DNA of 54,863 bases from positions 1 through 54,863 of the IMG/VR virus record IMGVR_UViG_3300033273_000548; one strand, written 5' to 3'. Positions 1 to 8,859 of this stretch are shown piece by piece. The translations under genes and the position numbers were made by a program. Below the pieces are notes generated by a model. It ran no database searches. It had not been told where the DNA came from and saw only the letters and a list, made by a program, of their open reading frames with translations. How positions within the stretch are numbered: the stretch's first letter is position 1; each line of letters begins with the position of its first letter. The DNA is from a virus (lineage: Duplodnaviria > Caudoviricetes).

Positions 1-146
1 CCACACCACAACCAACCATTAGGATCTAACCAGAAGTGACTCATTGTGCCACCATAACCTTCCTCAATGTCTTTGGTTTGACATTCAGTTTCCGTGAAGT
101 GATTGCCAAGATTATATGAGGATCGGAAGTAATCAAACATTCCCAT
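1..146 (-). CDS. Hypothetical phage protein, runs off the window edge (MGMFDYFRSSYNLG...)
   Basis: Open frame read manually from ATG at 146 to the window start; overlaps the stop of the upstream ORF. Confidence 0.6.
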   Translation of the reverse strand, partial: MGMFDYFRSSYNLGNHFTETECQTKDIEEGYGGTMSHFWLDPNGWLWC

Positions 147-537
147 CAGAATCTTCCTCAATAACTGTACCCATTGGACCTTTCTCCAATCGTGCCCATT
201 CTTCTTCTAACTTCTTCCAATCTTCAAACTTAGCCTTCAAATCCTCATCCATCGTCATATCATATTCTTCGGCAACCTTACGCATATCCTCGTGAGAACG
301 CATATCATTAAATGCCAAAGAACATGCACCTTTCATGATGGCAATGTCATTATGTCCCATCGTGCGGGCAATGGTGCCAAAGAAACGGAAGAGTTGAACA
401 CAGTTAAGATCCTCACAAGGAATCTCAAAGGTATAATGCTCCTCAGGCAGAGTTTCATCATCATAGATACCAGAACCACCATAGGTAGGAGTCCATTCAG
501 TATCAAACTGAACTTTCAGGGTTGCTTTGTAAGTCAT
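133..537 (-). CDS. Hypothetical protein (134 aa)
   Basis: ORF in a tightly packed minus-strand run. Confidence 0.7.
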   Translation of the reverse strand: MTYKATLKVQFDTEWTPTYGGSGIYDDETLPEEHYTFEIPCEDLNCVQLFRFFGTIARTMGHNDIAIMKGACSLAFNDMRSHEDMRKVAEEYDMTMDEDLKAKFEDWKKLEEEWARLEKGPMGTVIEEDSDGNV

Positions 538-722
538 TTTCCTTCGTAAAATTCAATTTTGAGTTGCCAGATAAGATCGTCAAATCGTTTCTCAATCTTA
601 GACATTCTTTCTTCAATCATGTCCATACGATATTCTTCAATCGCTTCACGTTTGACTGAATAGGGGTCAATAGTAGCCATTGTGCCTTGAAGTGAATTTA
701 ACAGAGGTTCATCAAACAACAT
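534..722 (-). CDS. Hypothetical protein (62 aa, MLFDEPLLN...)
   Basis: Track ORF trimmed to internal ATG at 722; ATGA overlap with the next gene. Confidence 0.55.
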   Translation of the reverse strand: MLFDEPLLNSLQGTMATIDPYSVKREAIEEYRMDMIEERMSKIEKRFDDLIWQLKIEFYEGK

Positions 723-888
723 CAGGAGCAACCTCTCCACGAATTTCTGCGAGTTTTGCAGTAGCGAGACACTCAACCATAGTCCAATAGAGTTCACCAC
801 TCATAGGGAAGTTTTGATCACAGAAATACTCTGCGGTATCTTCCTGTAGTTGTTGAAGTGAGTTTAGAGTGTCGCGGTCGGTGATCAT
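712..888 (-). CDS. Small hypothetical protein (58 aa, MITDRDTLNSLQQLQED...)
   Basis: Read manually (below track cut-off); lies directly downstream of a sigma70-type promoter. Confidence 0.65.
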   Translation of the reverse strand: MITDRDTLNSLQQLQEDTAEYFCDQNFPMSGELYWTMVECLATAKLAEIRGEVAPDVV

Positions 889-911
889 TGGAGTTCGATG
901 CGTGTGGACTT

Positions 912-940
912 ATAATAACAAGGTGGGCAGGACTTGTCAA
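912..940 (-). promoter_or_regulatory. Sigma70-like early promoter
   Basis: TTGACA-17 nt-TATTAT in an intergenic gap. Confidence 0.75.
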
Positions 941-957
941 GGGGTGTGGACACCTCT

Positions 958-2619
958 TTAAGTGGTCGCCTGTCCTGTGGTATCGGATGAGAACTTATTC
1001 TTTGTTATATTCGTCGTTGGTTCAAACTTGGAGAGGTCCAATGCTTCCAATTCTTTTATTTGTCTTGTGAGTTTGTTAATATCTGCATCTGCGTTTGCTC
1101 TTCCTTGTAAGAAAGTAAATGCAATACCCTCCAATTTATCCCTAAGAGTTCTGAGACTTGCAGCACCAGCTAATGTCGAATTAATGACAGGAGCATGTTT
1201 TGCAATGAGAGCATCTCTTGCTGCCTCTGCACTAGTAATAGCAGCATCTAATGCAGAACATCCACTATAACTGGGATTTGTTGGACTGACACTTAAAGTT
1301 GTAATATTGGGAGTTGCTGGAAAAGTACTACCAGTAGTAACTGTTACTGTTTCGCCTTCTGATACGGCAAAAATAGAGGTTGACAATCCAGTCCATGGGA
1401 AAGTAGTTGAATATGTGGAAACCTGTTTAGCAGGCCAACTATAGTCTCCATTATAATAAACTCTATTTCCATTACCACAAGCGGGTTCTGGATCATATTC
1501 TCCCAAAACTTCTCTCCATTGGAATGGTCCAACAGGAGATCCATTGTTAATTAATATAGCAGTATGCCCTAATCCAACTCTGTTGGTATCCATGATTGCA
1601 ACAGTTACTGGATCAATCGGATTGTTTGTAGGATCAAACTCTTCGATTACAGACTGCGTAGTTCTTATGACAGTAAAGTTTGTATTATTTGCTGGTTGAT
1701 CAGCTGTTGTACTTAATGTAAAAGCTACAAAATCTGAAGTAATTCCAACTGTAAATGTAGTTGTACCAACACCAATAGCACCAGCACTAAGAATCAAAGT
1801 TGGAACGTCAGTATCTAAAGGTTCAAATTCTCCCGTATCTGGGTTAAAATCTGTAACTTGTATAATTGTTGTACCAATACCAACAACAGTTGTGTTTGGT
1901 GCTAGAAAACCTACATTTTCTATAGAAGCACCAATTTGAATCTCACTGGTTGATCCAATACCAACCTGAGCGATAATAGTACTACCAACAGAAGTTTGAC
2001 CGTTAAATTCTGTTGTGTCGATTACAAGAGTACTAATTCCATATCCAACAATATCGGGAAGATCATCAACACCAAATGTTATTGGGTTTTCCAAATCATC
2101 AGTAATAGTATCACCTGGCAAAATTCCAGCAGTTCCAGCAATTCCTGTATTTACAATCGCTAAAAGTGTACTTCCTGCACCAATAGTACCAAAAAATTCC
2201 GCAACAATATTAGATCCATAGTCTTGGTTCTTTGGTCTTCTGTAATATTTTACTCCATATCTATTTGATTGAATTCTTACAGCAGGATCTTTTTTCGCTT
2301 CATAGATCGTTTTTGTGATAAATTGATTACCACGTCCTGATACTTTAACTTGATAAGTTGACGTTTGTGTCCAAACTAAGTCACTCCTACAGTCAGCAGC
2401 AATCCTTGCATCATATGCACTTTTTACTACATCAATAGACGCATTGATTTCATCTATCAACGGCAAGACAGACTTGTCCATATTCTCGATGACAGCATCA
2501 TAACGATCAATTCTGACATCATATAACTTAAGTTGATCCGAGATTTGTTCTTTCTCTGCTTTTTTGGATTCTAATTCTTCCTTAAGCTCTGCAACAAAGT
2601 TTGTAGAGATTCCTGCCAT
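958..2619 (-). CDS. Putative virion structural protein (coiled-coil ends, Gly/Thr-rich beta-type middle)
   Basis: 553 aa; GIGST/GVGTT-like motifs; downstream of gp5; ATAAATA just upstream. Confidence 0.6.
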   Translation of the reverse strand: MAGISTNFVAELKEELESKKAEKEQISDQLKLYDVRIDRYDAVIENMDKSVLPLIDEINASIDVVKSAYDARIAADCRSDLVWTQTSTYQVKVSGRGNQFITKTIYEAKKDPAVRIQSNRYGVKYYRRPKNQDYGSNIVAEFFGTIGAGSTLLAIVNTGIAGTAGILPGDTITDDLENPITFGVDDLPDIVGYGISTLVIDTTEFNGQTSVGSTIIAQVGIGSTSEIQIGASIENVGFLAPNTTVVGIGTTIIQVTDFNPDTGEFEPLDTDVPTLILSAGAIGVGTTTFTVGITSDFVAFTLSTTADQPANNTNFTVIRTTQSVIEEFDPTNNPIDPVTVAIMDTNRVGLGHTAILINNGSPVGPFQWREVLGEYDPEPACGNGNRVYYNGDYSWPAKQVSTYSTTFPWTGLSTSIFAVSEGETVTVTTGSTFPATPNITTLSVSPTNPSYSGCSALDAAITSAEAARDALIAKHAPVINSTLAGAASLRTLRDKLEGIAFTFLQGRANADADINKLTRQIKELEALDLSKFEPTTNITKNKFSSDTTGQATT

Positions 2620-2656
2620 GATTATTATTGTCTATCAATTTATGGTTTAAATTTAT

Positions 2657-3559
2657 TTATGGGAACACTTTTGGACTAAACCAGAATCTATATTCTTCAT
2701 TATTTCCTGGATAATCCTTATATGTTGATCCCTTATATTCTACAATGTTTCTAGGAGTGTCTTTTCTCTCAGCAAATACTTTGTAGTAACAGTGTATTTT
2801 ATTGTCTGAATCATTGGAGACAATTATTTTGGTTCCACATTCGGAAACGTTGTAGAAAAGTTTCTGATGATTACCTATAGAAGTTAGTATAACATGAATA
2901 GATTTGGGGTCAACTAATCCATCCCAGTAATCTGGTAATGTTATAATATTTGAATCTTTAAGAGTTCCTTTGACATATACATCAGCAGTTGGACCTTCTG
3001 TGCAAACATAGCGAAGTCTCCAACCTTTTTTTAATGGATGATTAATATCAAAATTAGGACTTCCAACTGGTTTCAGTGGTGACCATGCAGCAAGAAAATT
3101 GGCATTTGCTGCAACAGTTGCAGTTATATCCCCCGTTAGAATTGCTGCATTTAAAATCGGAGTAGTTAACTTTGCGTTACAAGCTTTTACTCCAGCAGTT
3201 GTCTGTACAGCTGCTTTTGCACTTAGAGACACTGATCCAGCAAACGCCTGTTTCATATCAGCTGCGACTTTACTTGTGAATCCAAAAACATTTCCAAGTC
3301 CAGACCGATTAAAAATACCTATTTGATTATTAATTGCAACAATATTTGCAAGACCAATAACTTGTAAACTAATTGGACCACCAAGTCCTGGTCCAATCAT
3401 ACAATTAGCAGTTGGAATAGCAGGCAAACCAGCGCCAATCCAACATGGTCCATTTAGAACTGTAGTTCCGGGTACGCATGGAACAGCAGGTATGAAAGAA
3501 AAATCTAACGGACCTACTACTAACTTATCTCCAACATATTGTACTGGATGTGCTGGCAT
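2657..3559 (-). CDS. Putative tail spike/fibre-associated protein with C-terminal chaperone-like domain (paralog 1)
   Basis: C-terminal FDINHP..GWRLRYVCTEGPTADVY..LPDYWDGLV block seen in cyanophage tail proteins; lies in the gp5 operon. Confidence 0.55.
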   Translation of the reverse strand: MPAHPVQYVGDKLVVGPLDFSFIPAVPCVPGTTVLNGPCWIGAGLPAIPTANCMIGPGLGGPISLQVIGLANIVAINNQIGIFNRSGLGNVFGFTSKVAADMKQAFAGSVSLSAKAAVQTTAGVKACNAKLTTPILNAAILTGDITATVAANANFLAAWSPLKPVGSPNFDINHPLKKGWRLRYVCTEGPTADVYVKGTLKDSNIITLPDYWDGLVDPKSIHVILTSIGNHQKLFYNVSECGTKIIVSNDSDNKIHCYYKVFAERKDTPRNIVEYKGSTYKDYPGNNEEYRFWFSPKVFP

Positions 3560-3560
3560 A
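3504..3560. repeat. 57-nt perfect direct repeat, copy 1 (5' end of paralog 1)
   Basis: Identical to 4382..4438. Confidence 0.9.
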
Positions 3561-3564
3561 ACAA

Positions 3565-4437
3565 TTACAGAGTAAACAATCCATATTGAGCATTATCTCC
3601 AGGATAATCTTGAACAGAGTTACCTTCATATTCTGGAATATTCTTTTCAACGTCTTTTCTTTCTCCAAAAATGAGGTAACTATACTTACCAACCTTTCCT
3701 AGATTATTGGAAACTTTTACTTTAGTGTTACACTCTAGTAATTTTGCAGATAATTCTTGATATTCTCCGATTGGAGTTAGACTTATTGTGATAGTTTCTG
3801 AACGGACTAAACCAGTCCAGTAATCTGGCAATTCTATTGTATCATTATTTTCTATTACACCTCTGACATAAACATCTGCTGTTGGACCTTCAACGCAAAC
3901 GTGTCTAAGTCTCCAACCATCTTTTGTTGGGTGTTTAATATCGAATGGTTTTTTCGTTGCTAATAGAGCAGCTTGAGTTGCATTTATTCCTGTTGTTGCT
4001 GCAATGTTTCCAGTAATAATTGTAGCGGCAGCTAAAGGAGTCGTTGTAGTAGCTGAAGCAATTTTTGGTCCAGCGGTAACTTGTGTTCCAGCTTTTGCAC
4101 TTAGTCCAGTGGTTGCAGAGAATCCAGATTTTATACTTGCACCAAGTTTGGAAGTAAATCCAAAAATATTTGCTAATCCACTCCTATTACTTACTCCAAT
4201 TTGATTAGTAATAGAAACAAAGTTAGCAACTCCAAGAACTTGCAAAGAAACTGGTCCACCAAGTCCTGGACCAATCATACAGTTAGCAGTTGGAATAGAA
4301 GGCAAACCAGCACCAATCCAACAAGGACCATTGAGAACTGTGGTTCCCGGTATACAAGGTGTCGCAGGTATAAACGAAAAGTCTAACGGACCTACTACTA
4401 ACTTATCTCCAACATATTGTACTGGATGTGCTGGCAT
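3565..4437 (-). CDS. Putative tail spike/fibre-associated protein with C-terminal chaperone-like domain (paralog 2)
   Basis: N-terminal ~70 aa nearly identical to paralog 1; FDIKHPTKDGWRLRHVCVEGP..LPDYWTGLV. Confidence 0.55.
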   Translation of the reverse strand: MPAHPVQYVGDKLVVGPLDFSFIPATPCIPGTTVLNGPCWIGAGLPSIPTANCMIGPGLGGPVSLQVLGVANFVSITNQIGVSNRSGLANIFGFTSKLGASIKSGFSATTGLSAKAGTQVTAGPKIASATTTTPLAAATIITGNIAATTGINATQAALLATKKPFDIKHPTKDGWRLRHVCVEGPTADVYVRGVIENNDTIELPDYWTGLVRSETITISLTPIGEYQELSAKLLECNTKVKVSNNLGKVGKYSYLIFGERKDVEKNIPEYEGNSVQDYPGDNAQYGLFTL

Positions 4438-4438
4438 A
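4382..4438. repeat. 57-nt perfect direct repeat, copy 2 (5' end of paralog 2)
   Basis: Identical to 3504..3560. Confidence 0.9.
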
Positions 4439-4451
4439 TTTCACCTCCCAA

Positions 4452-5012
4452 TCATTCAAAGAACGCACCAAATTTTTTCACAACTCCCAATATTTTAGAC
4501 AATATACTAGATTGTCCTTCTTCACCACCAGAGTTAGAAGTATTTTGCATATTTCCATTAGTATCTACTGTTTGAGCACCAATGGATACATTATTTGACA
4601 TAACTGTATTAAAGTTTGTTCCTTTTAAACTTTGTATAGGAGCATTTACTGCAAATTGTTTTCCAGAGGTAATAGTAACCTCACCAGCACCATCTGATGC
4701 TACTAATCTAACATTTTTGCCTCGAATAATTATATCACCATCCATGGCATCAATAATAATATCACCTCTTTTGGTTCTAATAATTTTCGCAGGAATGCCA
4801 GATGAAGCACTGGGATCGACTCCAGACAAATCATAAGAAGTTTTATTAGTTACTGAACGGTGTTCGCCATCAGTAGTCCAAGAAAATCCCTGGCCATGAT
4901 CAGTGTAAACAGCATAGTCTGTGATTTTTCCTGTTGCGGCTTGTTCAGTGCCTGACTTTACGACATAACCAGGTTTCTTTTCAAAATACTCCTTCCTTCC
5001 TTCATCTGCCAT
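4452..5012 (-). CDS. Baseplate spike-associated protein (resembles a gp5 C-terminal beta-strand repeat)
   Basis: Immediately downstream of gp5; GDIIIDAMDGDIIIRGKNVRL beta-repeat pattern. Confidence 0.5.
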   Translation of the reverse strand: MADEGRKEYFEKKPGYVVKSGTEQAATGKITDYAVYTDHGQGFSWTTDGEHRSVTNKTSYDLSGVDPSASSGIPAKIIRTKRGDIIIDAMDGDIIIRGKNVRLVASDGAGEVTITSGKQFAVNAPIQSLKGTNFNTVMSNNVSIGAQTVDTNGNMQNTSNSGGEEGQSSILSKILGVVKKFGAFFE

Positions 5013-5047
5013 GAGTTATACAGAACTTACAATGTTCATATTATTTA

Positions 5048-7339
5048 TTACTCGTCATCTGGGTTTGAAACACAATCTACAATGTTTACAATAGTATTAA
5101 TTCCAACTCCACCAGTAGTTCCATTAATAAAGTTATCAACCAAGTCAGGATTATCTTCAATAAATTGAGGAACAAACTGAAGAACTGGATAAACAGCTGC
5201 TCCTTGACCTGTTCTTGTGTTTATACTGACAAGTGGAACTCTTCTGAACTTATCGGGACAATCTCCCATTTTTTCATATCCAATAATAGAACCATTCTTT
5301 GTAAGAATTGGTTTATACATGCAGTTACCAACTTGTATAGTATCTGAGTCTGTATATCCAATTCCAGGTCTTTCTATGACAAAATCGGTGTTAATTCCAA
5401 TAACATTATCAGACAATCGTCTATCACCAACGTCTAAACATGGTGCCTGAGTGGTTCCTATTCCAACTCCATCTTCTATTGGTCTACTGAAAGTTTCTTC
5501 AGTTAGATTAGTTTGGCAATATCCTCTACCAGGATTAATAATATAAATTCTATCTATTTTTCCATCCTTGTCAATTCTTGTTTTTGCCTGAGCACCTTTA
5601 CCATAGTTTGAATTATCTACTATTTGTATGTCTGGTGGAGCAGTATATCCACTTCCAGGATCACACAACAGGAAAGTAACAATACCTCCATCTATTTCGG
5701 AAACTACAGCTTTTGCTCTTGCACCTGTACCATCACCACCATAAATTCTAACTTCTGGTGGAATACATTTATTAAATCTAACTCCTGGAGGCATTGGATT
5801 TAAATCATCCTGATTCTGAGGATTTACAATTCTCTTTCTACAATCCGAAAATGGTGTATTATCATCACCAAATAGAGACAGGAATCCTACTGAGAAGTCT
5901 GGACTTCCCAATCCACTTAAAACATCCATATTACTTAGAATGTTATCCCATAAATCAGAACCTGGGAAACTTGCACCACTAAATGGATCCCAAGTAGTAA
6001 TTCCTCTACAAGCTAATCCATCGCATTGAAGGAAACTTAAGAGTTGACTAATTATGTTTAAGGAACCAGTTAATGCACCAGTAATAGAACTAATTCCATT
6101 TGCTAACCAGTCAAGTCCACTCATGACGGTAGCTAAAGCTCCGTCAATCATCTCTGCAAGTTTGTTTATTAATGAACTAGTAACTTCTTCGGCAGCACAC
6201 CTTGGTACGTTTGGACTTCTACCCAAAAGACCATTTAATAGTCCCTGCAAAAAGTCCAGTATTAACGGGAATAACTTCTCAAACAAACAGAAAATGATGT
6301 TTAAAATATTTTTTGCTGCTTCTGAAATAGGGAGTGCAATTGGTGATGGAGTAACTAGTCCAAGTAATTTAAATAATTTTCCTATTAACTTAAAAATGTT
6401 ATCACGCATCGCATTGATAACAAATTTAACAAGAGATGCGATGGATCTAGCCACACTGTTGACAGTGTTTCTAATGTCTACAACAGTATTTCTAATCGGA
6501 TCTATAAATCCTAAAGCAGTTTGTTCTAAACTATTAATCGTAGCAATAAAAGATTGCAATTTCTCAGTAATTTGAGCTAAAATATTATCCCCACACCCGT
6601 TATCTGTGGGTACTTGTCCAGCATCACCTTGTGCTTTGAGGAAGCCTAGTTCAGCTATATCATCACTGAATAGAGTGTCAGACGCTGAAAACGCTCCCTC
6701 ATAAGTAGAACCAGCTTGACTTAAGAATTCTGGACCTAATCCAGTGAATCCGGGTTCGAGATCTAATGATGCAGCTGTAGAAAAATCAACACCAGAAGAC
6801 ATTTGAAAAAAGTTCTCTGATCCTAATTTTTCATTTGTTTCCTTTGTTTGTCCTTCTTGTTGTTGTTTTATTCTTGTTGCAGCGTTTGGACGATTACCAC
6901 CACTTACTGCATATTCGCCTTTACTTCCAGTAAATGGTTGAAATGGTTGTGGGTTGTCAACATTTTCAACCATAGGGCTTCTATGGAAACAACTCATAAT
7001 AACTGGTTGTTGAGCTTCTTCCCCATCTAAGAAGAAACCTACAACAGATTCACCACCAACAAGTAAAGGTGTTTTTCCAAAACCTCCTTGTGCTGGTGAA
7101 CCGTCTGCAGCACTGGTTAATATATGAGCCCAAGGCAAATCATTATCAGCCAGTTCGTTTCTATCGAAACTATGATATCCGATAATTCTTACTTTACATC
7201 TATATCCCCAAGCTTCTTTGCCAGCGTCAATGTCTACTTTTGCATTGCGCCATACTTCTGGATCGGCAACTTGTCCGATCCACCAGACGAAACCGTCTCT
7301 GCCTAGGAAATTAGATTTTAAAAAAGATTCATCGATCAT
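5048..7339 (-). CDS. gp5: Baseplate hub subunit gp5 (N-terminal OB-fold)
   Basis: GRDGFVWWIGQV..RCKVRIIGYH..LPWA..GESVVGFFLDGEEAQQPVIM is the T4 gp5 N-terminal signature. Confidence 0.9.
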   Translation of the reverse strand: MIDESFLKSNFLGRDGFVWWIGQVADPEVWRNAKVDIDAGKEAWGYRCKVRIIGYHSFDRNELADNDLPWAHILTSAADGSPAQGGFGKTPLLVGGESVVGFFLDGEEAQQPVIMSCFHRSPMVENVDNPQPFQPFTGSKGEYAVSGGNRPNAATRIKQQQEGQTKETNEKLGSENFFQMSSGVDFSTAASLDLEPGFTGLGPEFLSQAGSTYEGAFSASDTLFSDDIAELGFLKAQGDAGQVPTDNGCGDNILAQITEKLQSFIATINSLEQTALGFIDPIRNTVVDIRNTVNSVARSIASLVKFVINAMRDNIFKLIGKLFKLLGLVTPSPIALPISEAAKNILNIIFCLFEKLFPLILDFLQGLLNGLLGRSPNVPRCAAEEVTSSLINKLAEMIDGALATVMSGLDWLANGISSITGALTGSLNIISQLLSFLQCDGLACRGITTWDPFSGASFPGSDLWDNILSNMDVLSGLGSPDFSVGFLSLFGDDNTPFSDCRKRIVNPQNQDDLNPMPPGVRFNKCIPPEVRIYGGDGTGARAKAVVSEIDGGIVTFLLCDPGSGYTAPPDIQIVDNSNYGKGAQAKTRIDKDGKIDRIYIINPGRGYCQTNLTEETFSRPIEDGVGIGTTQAPCLDVGDRRLSDNVIGINTDFVIERPGIGYTDSDTIQVGNCMYKPILTKNGSIIGYEKMGDCPDKFRRVPLVSINTRTGQGAAVYPVLQFVPQFIEDNPDLVDNFINGTTGGVGINTIVNIVDCVSNPDDE

Positions 7340-7341
7340 TA

Positions 7342-7569
7342 TTAGTCATCGTAGATTAGACACTCTGGTTCAGATGGATTTTGATCACAATAGAGTTCGA
7401 GTGCTGTGGGATCATGGTGATCACCTGCTTCAATCTCTTCTTTATGATGTTCCACGTATTCTTCTAGATCATGTAGTTCTTCCTCAATATGACGACGCAT
7501 TTGAGGGGAAACGGTTGGGTCTTGAAGGATCTCTTTATCCTTCTTGATGTGTGTTTCTATGTCTTTCAT
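7342..7569 (-). CDS. cp12: CP12 Calvin-cycle inhibitor (auxiliary metabolic gene)
   Basis: C-terminal LELYCDQNPSEPECLIYDD CP12 motif. Confidence 0.92.
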   Translation of the reverse strand: MKDIETHIKKDKEILQDPTVSPQMRRHIEEELHDLEEYVEHHKEEIEAGDHHDPTALELYCDQNPSEPECLIYDD

Positions 7570-8858
7570 TGTTTTGCTCCGTACAGGCCGTAAGAATCTC
7601 TCACGAGTTTCAAAGAAGAAAGCATTTGACCGCCTTCAAAATGGTGTCTCACTTCTTTTATTAAGTAGTTACCGCTTTGTTCTGGGTCTACCTCTGCACC
7701 CTTTCCTGCATCAACTTCTTGAAATTGTGCGTAAAGAATGTTTCCTGCTTTCAGATTTATGTTCATTGGTACTACAATATTTAGTGCTTGTGTGAAAAGC
7801 AAGTTATACCTGGCAAAGGATTTTGCCATATCAGTAGCATCTCTACCAGAATCTTCAATATCTCCAGTGGGATCCAACATACCAACATCAGCAGATCTAA
7901 ACATTATCCTTGAAGGTCTATTAGCAAAATCAACTGGAAATGTTGGTTTGGATCCTCCTAATTTTGCTTTTAGTTCGGAACCTAGTCCATAACTTATTCC
8001 GTCCACTTGATTCTTATAAAGATCATAGACATAAGTTACGTTAGCATACATTCCGACTCTGAGAGACTTCATTAGATCAACATTTTTTTCAAAACCATAG
8101 TTTAGTATATTAAAGTCATTTTCAGGTTTATTAGCCTCATTGATCGGACTATAATTATATTTGGGAATATCTTCTTTTGATGTACTCCCAACCTGGACTT
8201 GAGTTGATGAAACTAACGATTCAATACTTCTGAAATTAAAACCATCTCTATTCTCATAAAATAGAAATCCAGCAACTCCTTTCGCAATGTTTCCATTCTT
8301 TCCAGAAGTTGAGGTAGTTGGAATACCTTTTGGTCCCAACCAAGTTAGAATATGAAAAGGTTTTTTGAGTGTACCAATGAAACCATAAGAATTTGAGGTC
8401 TTCTCTATATTAGTCGATTTAAACTTATTTGTCTTTAATACATCTTTTAGTATAGATTCTACGTGTTCATTTATAGATCTTTTGTTGAATTTCTTTTGAA
8501 CTCTAGCAGTTTCATTAGTCAATCCTTCTCTAGAACATAAATGTAGAGTGAAAAATTCTTTAGAACCATCAGAAGTTATTCCACTGACTTTATAAACATA
8601 CATGGAATATTGTCCATCAAGTTTAAAATCACCAGAAGCAGTTTGTATATCAACATCTACTCTTTCTCCACCACGAATTGGAAGACCATTGTAAATCGAA
8701 TATGTTGCAGCACATTGAATTGTCATCATCACAGATGGTGACAAGATATCTTCATAATAATCACAAAAAAGAATAGCGTTAGTTAGATCTATTGTTCTCT
8801 TTGTGACTTCTGATGTAATAGTAAGAGATTTATATTTTAGAAGTGTTACTGCTGACAT
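7566..8858 (-). CDS. Baseplate hub protein (gp27/late-control-D-like)
   Basis: YYEDILSP, FLFYENRDGFNFRSIE, SGNYLIKEVRHHF..LVRDS motifs; position next to gp5. Confidence 0.65.
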   Translation of the reverse strand: MSAVTLLKYKSLTITSEVTKRTIDLTNAILFCDYYEDILSPSVMMTIQCAATYSIYNGLPIRGGERVDVDIQTASGDFKLDGQYSMYVYKVSGITSDGSKEFFTLHLCSREGLTNETARVQKKFNKRSINEHVESILKDVLKTNKFKSTNIEKTSNSYGFIGTLKKPFHILTWLGPKGIPTTSTSGKNGNIAKGVAGFLFYENRDGFNFRSIESLVSSTQVQVGSTSKEDIPKYNYSPINEANKPENDFNILNYGFEKNVDLMKSLRVGMYANVTYVYDLYKNQVDGISYGLGSELKAKLGGSKPTFPVDFANRPSRIMFRSADVGMLDPTGDIEDSGRDATDMAKSFARYNLLFTQALNIVVPMNINLKAGNILYAQFQEVDAGKGAEVDPEQSGNYLIKEVRHHFEGGQMLSSLKLVRDSYGLYGAKQ

Positions 8859-8859
8859 A

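Noticed and set aside
2657-4438. Diversity-generating retroelement template/variable repeat pair
   Set aside because: The repeat is perfect and N-terminal, with no adenine-specific mismatches, and there is no reverse transcriptase in the window.
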